A stretch of DNA of 55,426 bases, counting the filler, from Platydemus manokwari (taxonomy: Eukaryota): the NCBI GenBank assembly GCA_037951405.1. It is 4 parts of 4 records of this genome, joined end to end, with 100 filler letters (N's around TTAATTAATTAA, not from the genome) between each part and the next. Parts side by side here need not be neighbours in the genome. Positions count along the whole stretch, not along the records: positions 1 to 16,197 come from JBBMOY011199209.1; 3 more parts are not named here. One strand, 5' to 3'. The notes below the pieces were generated by a model, which was not told where the DNA came from, did not search any database, and saw only the letters and a list, made by a program, of their open reading frames with translations. Made by a program: the position numbers and the translations under genes. Shown piece after piece: positions 1 through 11,879 of the stretch; the first letter of the stretch is position 1; each line of letters opens with the position of its first letter.

Positions 1-2579
1 TTACTATGCAAAATGTACTTTAAATAAATAAATATTTTTCAAAAAAAACCGAAATTTTAAGGTTATACACCTAATACATTTTAAAAGTAAAAATAATGAT
101 TTATCAATATTGTTGGTTTTACAAGATTTTCGATGTATTTTTTATCTATTCTGCTAAAATAATCATCCAATCGTATTACATATTTCAGAAAATTATTTTT
201 TTATAATTTTTTATATTTTATAATATCCATCTTTTATAAAATAGTAGCAGCTTATATTGAGAAAAAGTGATTCCAATCATAAATAATAATAACCGCTAAT
301 CAACAACGGTGTTGAGGTTTCATAAGATAGATTTTTTGCTTTAAATGCTTATTACATCTCAAATAATCAGAAATCTTAAATATAAAGATATTGTCGTGTA
401 AGAAATAATCTAGAAATATATGAATAAATAACTCTTGGCACACTTGAACTATTAATTTCGCTAATTAATCATATTCATTCCAAACAATCATACAAATTTG
501 TATGTTGACCAATCCAAATTGTGATAGAGTGAAAATTTGAAACTTATTTGATCAAAGAGAAATTCATGAAATTTTAATACCAAATGAGAAGCAAACATAT
601 AATAAAAAACACATGGCTTTGATTATAAATACAGCAACGAGTATATTGTAGAGTTTGGTATTAATGAATGTATTGATTTATTTATCAATTGTTATCATCT
701 ATAAATATGGTGATTATACCTTCTTGTATTTATAATAATATAGAAATTAAGTACATGTACAATCAAAATAAGGCCTGGCTGTCGAATACAAGAAATATCA
801 AAATTGTTTTCTAGTTATGTAAATGTTTCTTACTAGGCTGTGGATTGATCTGTACTTTAGGTCTGCGGGTGCCCAGATAAGATTGTTGAAAATCCGATTG
901 GTTGAGCAGCAGGGTCATTTGGTATCGTTTGTCTTTCGGTTCTTGGAAGATACTTCCGAGCAGCGATAACTCCGCAATCGACGATATTTTTGGCCTACTT
1001 TCGGAGCCAACATGGAGATATGCTCACTTTCATTATTGAGAAATTATAATCTGATCCGTCCAGGATAATATGGATACGTTAATATGGATACAAAGATATG
1101 CTCATTCATAAACAAATAAAATTTTGAAAAGCTTTTTAATAATGGAAAAATATCGTCTATTAATCTCACAATCAATGTATTATCTAACTAAATAGGTTAG
1201 ATTGATTTAAAGTCTTTCTTAATCAAATATTTATTTGCGCTTTACAATATACGTGGCTGATAACCTATCATCCACTCTTATAACGTGTTTCTTAATAAAA
1301 GAAGCACTCATAAAAGACTTTCTATAAAAATGAATCCCATAAATTGCCAATCATATATAGTTTGTCACAGTATATTTCAAATGATAGATAAGTGATGTGT
1401 AAATACACAAGTTAGTCCAGCTTCAAATGCAATCACATTAGTTATATTGCTTATATCGTAACTATCATTTGTTTATTCGACAGTCGCAGAATTTGAGCCA
1501 CATTTGTCCAACAATCATCACACTAAACCAATCAAATATCGTTTTGTTAATCCATCGCAGAGGTTTGTTAAAAATCCAATGATGTAATCCTGATAACATT
1601 TTTAATTCCATAAAAATCCGTATATAATCAAATTCTTCACTTTCATGTTCCGAATGGGAGATTTTCTGATTTTATTTTTATTGATTGATGGACAAATCAT
1701 TGACAACGGATTGAATGAGAAATAGAAGAACTGAATATTAATTATCAATAAATGGGAAAAATAAATCATCTGTATTCAAAGGAAACAAATTTCGTTGCCG
1801 CAAATACTTTTCAAGTTGAAGTATTTTTGGAAAACGGTTTAGTGAATTATTCAAATGTAAGATTTCGTAATTATGGCTAGCTCATTTCCGTGAACTTGAT
1901 TTCATTGATTCAATGGAACTTGCTTTTTCTTTGTTATCATGGAAAAAGAGAATTATTAATAATTGAAAATAAGCTGCGAATAGTAATTGTTCCCCAATTT
2001 CTCAGGGATTTCATGAATAAATAATTGTATTAGAAGAGTTTTCAGATTATTTTCTTTTCAATTTTTAACAGCTATTTACATAATTAAATACTACCCTGAT
2101 CAAATGTTGTGCACTGTGTCGGAGGGGGATTACTTTGAAGGCGATGGAATTGATTTGAGAGAATAAATAAAGATGTTTCGGTTTATGACAAAATTCTCGA
2201 TCATATTTGATCACAGTAGTATGTTTAAAATTTTTTTTTGGTTTATTACGAGTTAATTTTAGTGATAAATTTTTAAAACAATTTTTCAACTAATAGTATT
2301 TGTGTTTATTTTATTTTAATTTAAATTAATTTTTTCGTTATAACAATTTTAATCCTTAAAATAATTTGTTACTAAAATTCTAATTTTAATTATTCGAATT
2401 TGAATGTTGAAATAAATCAAATAATTAAACAACTCTATAACTGTAAGTTGATTTAAATATTTTGATCAATTATCGATTATTTTAATTCGAATAAAATTAA
2501 ATATTATAATTTAACTTGAAATTGGATTCATTTCAATCTTTCAACTTTTCCATTTTAGTCGACTCCCCAAACATATTTG

Positions 2580-2809
2580 CCCTTGATTATGAAAGTGGTA
2601 TAAGTCATATATTTCTTGTATGGAGATATTAAGGGATTTGCATGTTAAAGAATTAAAAAATATTTGTGCATTATGGAATGAAATATTTTGACAATTAATT
2701 AGCGCCGGTAAATCAGCATTTAATATGATTGTGAAATTTATTACCATTTTTAAATAGAAATTTGGTTTTGAAAGGTTGAAATGACTTATACCACTTTCAT
2801 AATCAAGGG
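2580..2809. mobile_element. MITE (230 bp) with perfect 29-bp terminal inverted repeats
   Basis: 2580-2608 cccttgattatgaaagtggtataagtcat is the exact reverse complement of 2781-2809. The interior is AT-rich and non-coding. CCC...GGG ends are piggyBac-like, but there is no clean TTAA TSD. Confidence 0.7.
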
Positions 2810-3016
2810 TTCATATAACACTTGAAATGTATTAGGAAGAAAAAATATCATGTTTGAAAGAAATGCATTTTGAAAAATATTAATCATTATAATTTATGGA
2901 ATAAATTAAAATATTTTCTGATATTTATAACCAAAATACCCAATATCGATTATAATTTCCATATAACAAAAACCTTTCTAATAAAATTGAACTCTTTTAT
3001 CAGTTTATCGAACTAA

Positions 3017-5124
3017 TTATTCTTCATATTCAGGATAAGAACATAAGTAATCCATAGTTTCATCGTGTCGAATTGATTCCTCAACCTTGATATCCTTTAA
3101 AACATCCTCGCTTTCATAATGGCTTTTGAACTGATTTTTCCATTGGTCTATAATTATATATCAATTCTTTTGAAACAAATATAAGATAAATAACCAGCAT
3201 ATTTATTCCAGGGACCACCTTCCCCACCATATTCAGTTGGTAACATGTCCATTAATCCAGGGATAGTCTTACTTATTTCATGTATATTGGATGATTTTAC
3301 AATCTGGAAACAGAGTCAATTTATCAATACTTATAAAGTTTTTAATAATGATAATGTTAAACCAAGCACGAAACATAATATCAGATAAAAAACTTTTCAA
3401 TAAATTGAAAATCTCTAATTAAAAATAAGTCAGGATGTAATAGATTGTGTTCGAAAACGAAGAATTTACACTAAGAATTTCTAATAAACTCAAGACAAAT
3501 CTTCAGGGATAATAAAGCGATGCGTTTATCAGTGACACACAAGCATGGATAAGACAAGGGCAGTTTGGCTATAAAAGTACATTATATATTCCATCTTATT
3601 CTTTTGTAAATTTAATTGGTGCTCAGTAGATTTATAAGATGATATAAATATCTACTCATTTCTTTTTATTTCATATTTTGTTTTATTTAAGTAATCATTA
3701 TTTATATAAATCACGTCGAGTTTGGTTCATAACTATTAATCGATTCTCATATATCCATAAATCATTAAGTATTAATTATAATAAATCATCATTTTCAGTA
3801 TAGAGAACACCTCATATTACTGATGCATCTTTTAGAGTCAGATATAATCATTCTGGTAGAGAATCTGTTTGTCATCGTTTCATTAAAATTTCTGTGTTAA
3901 TATTTTGAACTATAAAGGTCCCTCTCGACTGTCATATTTCATGTGTTAAAATATATCTTAACTATGCTCTGTAGATACTGATTCATTTATCGTATTATAA
4001 TCTCACTATTATTATGCTGCACATATTCCCACTAAAATCTGAGAAACAATAGCTCATGATATGTCTAATAATAATGATAATGTCATCAATATTAATTATT
4101 ATTCTAATGATCATCAATTTGTTTCAACTAAATTACCAATCAATTACAATTACTCAAATCATAAAAATACTTGGCTATTCATTTTGTCTCTTATGAAGAA
4201 AGACCACATTTTAAAGACGTTATCAAAGTAGTCTGGGACATTGAAATAAACTACTTGTTTGAGTTGCCAAGGATTAACATCCTGTTGATAAGGTATATTT
4301 ATGAAATCTCTTTGATGAAAATAAAATTGATCACTTGAAATATCCTCGCAACATCAATCACTACTTGTTTATCATTCCACGCTTCCATCACCTTTTTGGA
4401 AGCATCAGTCATGTCATAAAATAGAATGATCCCATGTACTTGAGCCTCTTCATCTTGAATTAAAACATCTTGTCCCATAAACAATAATGTTAGATATTTA
4501 TCAATTGGAATAGATTCAGGATTCCAATTTCCTAAAATTAATAATCAATATTTGAACGACAATTTAATTGATTCGTATTAATAAATATTTATTTTTATTG
4601 ATGTGATAAATGGATATTCAGGATAATCAATATTAACTCATTGCCATCAAAACAATAAGCTCATCTTCCTGATTTCTGCCGAGTGGAGTCATTATCCTAA
4701 AACCGAACAAATATTCCTCAATTTAAATCGATAAAAATCAATAATTTATTAACCGAGAGTCCAAAAATTCATCAATCATTGCACCATTAATGTTAGCGCT
4801 GTCATAATAGTGAGGACATCCTTTTGGAGAACATCTTATTGTACAAAAAGTGTCCAATAGCCTTTTAGCTGTGTTCAGATCAAATTTTGCTTGTCTCAAA
4901 AATCGCAACAAAAATTTAGAATCTATTCAAATCATTTATAATATAAAGAAAATATTGATTATCATTATCATACCTGTTGGACAGTTTAAATGTGGCATTG
5001 ATATCGCCCATTTAGCCAGATAATCAATCTGCTCATTGACGAGTGATGGATCTTCTTTCAAATTATTAATTGCATATTGTTTGGATTTCTCGCTAATTTT
5101 CTCATAACAATATTTATCGGCCAT
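3017..5124 (-). CDS. CRAL-TRIO (Sec14) lipid-binding protein, alpha-tocopherol transfer protein/clavesin-like; 7 exons
   Basis: Hand-spliced GT-AG exons 5124-4974, 4922-4754, 4696-4638, 4531-4335, 4281-4171, 3303-3195 and 3147-3017 give a continuous frame. Motifs: DSKFLLRFLRQAKFD (CRAL-TRIO N), EEAQVHGIILFYDM, and LPTEYGG. Confidence 0.9.
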
Positions 5125-6009
5125 TACAAAGTTGGCTGTTTTTTCAAATCAAAATCATTGAATCGCGTTATTTATATGGAAATAGAAATTATAGGCACAA
5201 TGTGATCACAAATGAAATTAAAAATATACACACAGAAGGTAGTGTTTCTAAACTTTCAATCATTGCCGCAAATCAATAACATCAAGAATTTCGTATAAAA
5301 ATCCTTTTATATATTCAACACTTGAGAAATCACATTAATTACAAAATTCTCTTCGCAATTAAGAAATCTTCTAGAATCGCAATTTTCTGTATTTGAGAAA
5401 TATATTAATGTCAAACTTGATAAAAACTGAATTGGAAGTTTATTCACCTGACACTTATCAACATGCTGGTTTATTGTTATTGAGAACTAATTATTTCGCT
5501 TCGAATCGCTACCTTACTCATCGGTTACTATCAAAGTAATGACTTTCAATGTTTGCGATGATTTGTAATTTAATTTATTGTGGTATGTCCTTGTGATAAT
5601 AGAGGTCAAAACTGATAAGAAATATTTCTCAAAGTTTTACTTCTGTTTGATGTAACGTGGGTTTCTTCAAGCACTTTATTACTGTGTCATAGCAGTGAAA
5701 AATATCATTGAAATAAATCCAAAACAAATCCTTTATTTCTATAAATATTATTTAATCCAATAATTATTTAGCTGATAAATTATTCTCTGAAAACAAGCTA
5801 AATTAAAATGTCTCAAAATCAGATAATACAAAGACCGAAGTACCAACTTACTGGAGTAGGTGTAAAATTGCACTTTTCCCTGTCCAGAATATGATGAATC
5901 GGCGAAAGTGTTTCGACCGATATATGGATAAATGAACACCAATTAGTGGAATTGGCTGAGATCCAGAACATAAATTTAAATGGATGGGTTCACTGCACAG
6001 TGCAGCATT

Positions 6010-9000
6010 GCCTCTTCACCTGTGTATTCTGATCTTAGTATCCATATCATTACATTTATTCGATTTATTTCATTAGTTTCATCTCGATTTTTCTACCAGT
6101 TTATCATAATTATTCCATTTTCTCTAATACATCTTTCCCTGTTCCTATACCTATTGCTATTTTAAATAATTTCCTTAATGTGTTAATCTTGCATCGATTT
6201 CTTTGATGTAATTTCTTTGATCATATTCTTCCCATAATTCATTGATGTCCTTACTATTTCTTATTTCTCCATATTCCTGATGAAATTTTGCTAATTCTGT
6301 TAAAAAATCTTCCAGGCGTTTTTCACCTATGACATGCGCATGTACACTGTTTTTATATTTTATATGAATTCGATTAGGCAATTGTTGTTCGTCTTTATCT
6401 TTTATTTTTTCCGATTGTAGCATCTTTTTCCCATGTTTCTTTCCACGACAATATCCTTACCATTCTCATCTCTTTTTGTAAGAATAATTTCTTCATTAAT
6501 TTTGCTTCTATATCTATTCTCGTTATTATTTCTATTTTATTGTCTTCTTCACAACTATCTGCTAACTCACTATTGTCAATTAAACTATTTTCAGGATATT
6601 CTATTAATCCAAATCATATGTCTTCACCATTATTGCAAACTTCCTCATTTTCGACTCCATATTCATTATCTTTGAACAATTGTAACTCGTAATTAACAAT
6701 ATTTTCCTCATCATCAATATAATTCATATTTTCCTCATTTCCTAATTCCTCAACTATTAACTGCGAATCTGGTTCAAAAGGGTGATTTGTAATCATCAAT
6801 TTTTCTATTATCTCTTTTTCCGATTTAATTCCAATTTGTCCTCTTAATTACTAACTACACATATTCTCCTATTTTATATTTCTTCATTTTGCGTTTCTTT
6901 AAATGATTTGTTTTCTCTTACATCTCTTAATTGTACATAGACACTGTCTGACTCATACTGTAAACACCCGAATTCAACTAAATATCCTTCGTCCTTTAAA
7001 TTCTTTATTTTGTGTAACATTATTATTTCTGATGCTATTAGTCCATAATTATCCCCTAACCGTTGTGCTACCTTTCTCTTAATTTTCTTAATAGTTGTGC
7101 ATGCATGTGTGGTGAAATTTATTTCATATTCTTTTTCTCCTTGAAATGCCCATACGTTTACTTTTAATGGTTTTGTAAATCGGGATTTTTCATTATTATT
7201 CTTCTACATTATTCTATTGATTTCCATTCTACATCATTTATTTATATAGTGTCTCTTGCATATATTTGTATTTGTTGAATTATATTCTTGGCTTTTTCGA
7301 ATTCATTTTCATTTGTTTGTATCTATCTTTTCAACTTTTTCTGTCAATGTTAATGATTTCCTTTCTTCTGGTTTTATGTCATATTTGCTTTCTACTTCAT
7401 CTATTTGTTATGCCGATGCTTCTCTCATCATTTCAATTTCATCCATATGCTGTTTTGTCTTTTGCGTTTTGTTATTATCTAAGATTTTCTTTTCTTTTCT
7501 CATTTAATTGTTTTTATCTTCTTTTTCCGTATTTGGATAACATTTCATTACTGATTTTTGGTTGCAATTCATATCATTATTCTCTCTTCATTGATTAAAT
7601 TGTGAATGATCTCTTTCAACATCTTTTGCTGTTCGTAATCCTTCTATCTTTTTGATTAATTCTTCTTTTTCTTCTAATAATTTACTAATTTCACTTTGAT
7701 ATTTCATTTTAGCTTCTTGAAACGATTCTTTTAATTTCTTTGATTTGGCTACTACTATTATTTCTCTTTATATTTTTCTATTATTTTTGTAATTAATATT
7801 CTAATCTTGCTAAAACCTATTCTGATACTGCGGGTAACTTCTACTATTGATCCTATGCTCACAATTATTGTATTTTTGTTATTCATTTTCCTTTTTCCTA
7901 TCGTCGTAATTATTGTTGTAATTTTGCCTATTTCTGTCATAATTCCAATTTTCATGCATTTGATTTTGTTGATTATAATTATAATGTTTCTTTTGAAATT
8001 TTTCTAACATTTTTTTCGACTCATACCAGGTCGCGTTCACATCTTTATTCTGATTTAATGATAGTAAAAATTTTCTTTTTTATTATCTCTAAATACGACT
8101 GCATTAATTAATTGATGTTTCATTGGCGCGCTATATATTATATCATGATTTTCCTAAAAATTTACTCCATAAATTGTTTCAATTTTTCTTGCCTTTTGTA
8201 TTAATTCGTCTAAGTTTTTATATTCAGCCAACGGTATTGAACTTTTTAATGCAGGTAAAAATCTTCTTATAAAATAATCCATCACTATTTGACCTCTTCC
8301 GTCAACTGTTACATATTTAAAATCATAAGCCTTTGCTGCCAATTGCCATAATGCCATAGCATATTATCCTACACTTTCGCCTGATAATTGATATCTATCT
8401 AAGAACTGTTTTACATAATACTCATGGACTTCTTCTGTTATAACTAATTGTTTCTTTAACTCTTCTACTAACTGCGCATAAGTTTTTATATTATTGCATT
8501 TCAGCTTTTTGTAAATTTGTAGGGTGTTTAAGATACAATGATAGACTTTGAAACTTATCGGCCTCGGTCCATCTATGTGTGTCTGTTATTCTATCAAACT
8601 CTTTAAAGAAATCATCGAAAGTTTCTTGCTTTCCATCGTATATCCATAATTCGTTCTTAACTTTGGTACTATCCCAGCTTTATAGATAAAATTGTTAATA
8701 TCCATAATTTATTAATTTTTGAAATTTAATTCGGTCAATTTATTTGCCTATAATGTTCTTAAATTCAATTTTTTTAACTTTCAATTAACTTTTATCCACT
8801 ATCAACTTTAAATTTTGCCTTCTAATTCCCTTAATCAAACTAATTTTGAAATTTAAATTAATTTTAAAATTTCTAATTAACTTTTAATTTCAGTTGTTTT
8901 ACTATTCCTATTTTATTAACTTTCTAAGCAGCTTTTCAAAATTTTATGCATTTTCAAGGTTTCTTAATTATTAATTTTTTGTTCTATTATTTCAAGTCAA

Positions 9001-9393
9001 TTTCAGTCTTATTCGGACCTCCGAAAATTTATCAATGTTATATTGATATTCTATTAAATAAATTTCTCTTATTAGTCTTTAGATGTTCTATTATTGTTGT
9101 TTTTATCTATTAAATACTTGGTTATGTTTTTTGGTTATCGTTTTAAGCTTTTAAGGATATATGAAATGATTTTTATCCTCGCTCGGAGGACCAAATTTTA
9201 CTAACTATTTATGCTTTCAAAATTTTATCAAATTTCAAATGAATTTGGTCCTCACTCGGGGCACCAATAATTGTTTATTAATAACCCTTTATTTTTCAGA
9301 TAATTTGTTCCTTACTCGAACACAAATTATTGTATATTTTTATCAACTTTTATTCTATTTTTAGAAAAAATTTTCTCTTCACTCGGAGCACCA
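6010..9393 (-). mobile_element. Decayed Ty3/gypsy-like LTR retroelement: PBS-bearing leader plus extended gag, 3'-truncated (no pol seen)
   Basis: From ATG 8705, with frameshifts: IYDGKQETFDDFFKEFDRITDTHRWTEADKFQSLSLYL...YQLSGESVG*YAMALWQLAAKAY (retrotransposon capsid-like). Then an N/Q/Y-rich linker, a K/E-rich coiled coil, a UBL-like segment and an acidic stretch. PBS-like TGGTGC(T/C)CCGAGTGA motifs lie at 9177-9393. Confidence 0.75.
9177..9393 (-). repeat. Array of four tRNA-3'-end-complementary (PBS-like) 17-mers
   Basis: Plus strand: cctcgctcggaggacca 9177-9193, cctcactcggggcacca 9250-9266, ccttactcgaacacaaa 9310-9326 (degenerate), cttcactcggagcacca 9377-9393. Start-to-start spacing is 73/60/67 nt. 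Confidence 0.7.
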
Positions 9394-11879
9394 AATATTG
9401 CTTTCGGGGCTTATTGATTTTATTGTTTTACTAAGCTTAAACCTATTTTATACCGCTACTGACTTAATCAATCTCTACGAGTTCTTGATTAAGGCCACAG
9501 GTGTAATTTACCTTATATCGATGTTCCTTCACCTCGCATAGCCTTATTGTGTTATGACAATAGGTGTGGCAGTAGTGATATATTTCACTTAAACTAACTA
9601 TCAGTCTCAAATTTTATAAAACTATAACTCTTTAAAACTAATTACAATGCGTAACAATTTTACAATACCTATATGAATAATAACTAAAGCTTTAATGCTA
9701 CAAATATTTATGAAATATGACACCAATGCTAATTAGCAAACATAAAATAAATAAACTAAAAATTGATGTTAAAACTACACTTCACACGAAGATGTTTTCA
9801 AGACTGCTTACAATTTCAAGACAGAAGCGGTTTATATGTCCTAATCTTGGATTAAAGCCGATGTTAACTCAAGATTTTTGAGCAAAAATTTTATAATATA
9901 AAACACAAGATACAGTATATAATATATTTTATGTAATTTATAGTTACTGTCTTACTTTGGGTCTTCCAGTAAATGCCGGGCATATACAGGAAAATTAGTC
10001 TTCTGAACCTATTGGTCTTCTTTAGTGCGTCGTATTTAAATTTGAATGATGGTTCTTCTCCAGTTGATGTAGCGTGAGACAGCGATAACAACGACAGTAA
10101 TTTGTGAACAGAATTTGTGTCGAAAAATAATATGAACCACTCGCAGATATTTCCTGCGATTAAATTTAATGCCAGTGAATTTATTTGTCGCTGTTAATGC
10201 GCGATATCTCATTACGTATTGATATTTGAAAAATTAATTTATTATTTTAGGGAATTTCGATGAATTTGCTAAAGGTAATTTTATTGTTATTATTATTTTA
10301 CATTGATACAACACAAATTAATACCATTCGTTTGTACTGTCATGCAGATGTATACACATTTTTCAATGTAAATTAATTGTTTTAAGTAACTGGTTGGGCC
10401 AGAACCCCAACATACAGATGAAAATAAATTGTATCCCAATCAATCAATCAATCACTATAACTGTGATTATCCTTCAAATTATAATCAAAATCGTATTCAA
10501 ATGAACTCCGTGGATCAGGAATATCAATATAAGGCGTACCTTCGTTTCATTTATTCAGAACTTGTTTCATAGACATTAAATCACATAATAACATGTTTTA
10601 AAAGGATCAAACCAACAAATATAACCAGTTATTTGAACCATGTCTTATCTAATCGAGTAATATTGTGAAAGACCCCCGAGATTACCAGACTTGAAAATTA
10701 AATTTGAGACACACTCGAATATGTTCATGAAATACTTTGAAGTGCAATATGTTCTCGAATTGATGAGTAATGAATTCGTCTTTATAAATTATGAAAATTG
10801 CCCACAATATAAAAATAAACTTAGGGAGCATTAACAAACATGTTTTCTTAAATTTATTATTATTTATTTATACTAAAGTTCATTATTATCAATATTTTTC
10901 ACCGCTGCATTGGTAATTTTATTTTTGAGAACAGATAGGATATTTCCAATAATGATTGCACTAATAAATAAACTCTAATTGATTTAATCTTTCGCGTTAA
11001 ACTATAAAAAAATATATTTTAACTGCAACAAACTGTAACTGGATAATGATAATATTGAATTAAAAACATAATTAAGAGAAAATCAACAATTTTGTTTTTG
11101 GGAGCTGGATTGGTTAATGGCTTTCGTGCTGCTCATGTAATGCATTTAAGAATATTCTCATTTTCAAATGCTACGTTCATGGAATTCTTTAAATAAGCTT
11201 GAGTTTCACAAACTAACAGTTTGCTATACTTGACGTGTTTAATGGATATGAGTTGACCAATGACTGATTAAAGTGATGAATTTAATTGGTTATTGTTAAT
11301 GTTGTTGTTAGACTTTCCAAATAAATTCTTTGGGTGAAAACGAGTGGAAAATTAATTTAAAATTTTTATATTTACTGTTGAATGTCATGATTTTCAATAT
11401 CGTCAACAAAAACTCTTACTTTTACCTTTGTCACGTGTTTTATTTTTGTGAATTATCATTTTTAGGTTTTATTTTGAGATCTAGAAATTGATTGATTATA
11501 ATTTTCACTTCATTTTTTATTCTTAAAAATGTGTTACAATTGGAATGAACATCAATTTGATGATCAACAAAACACAATTTTATCCATTTGAATATTAATG
11601 GTTGCCAATTCTGTATGAGCAATATAGAGTGATAGTCTAAAATATAATGGGCATCTATATTCAGGTTACAATAATTGAATAAGATTTTCTCAAACTGTTG
11701 ATCTAGAAGAATATTAAATTTCTTATCAATATTTTAGAAATGAGTTCTTATTATTTGATTTATTTAATGATATTTCACTTTTTTACAACGCAATACTTGA
11801 GTTCATTGAAAAGAAGTGTTATTTTAACGGACGATGTAATTCACTGTCTTAAATAGATTTCAAGATGAGATAAATAACA

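Noticed and set aside
1100-2289. Long stop-ridden minus-strand coding-like stretch (similar ones at ~11000-11820 and ~51650-52120)
   Set aside because: No recognisable motif. It cannot be separated from AT-rich decayed sequence without a database search.
9177-9393. CRISPR array or tRNA gene cluster interpretation of the repeat-spacer pattern
   Set aside because: Eukaryotic context, no cas genes, repeats only 17 nt and non-identical, spacers related to each other, and no cloverleaf or A-box. A PBS explanation fits better.
9394-10090. 5' LTR of the gag/UBL element
   Set aside because: The position is right, but there is no second LTR copy in the window and no clean TG...CA termini, so boundaries cannot be supported.
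10190-10540. Possible micro-exon gene (24-nt and 20-nt exon-like pieces at 10251-10274 and 10348-10367)
   Set aside because: It requires 19-35-nt introns or runs into an in-frame TAA, and gives no recognisable product.
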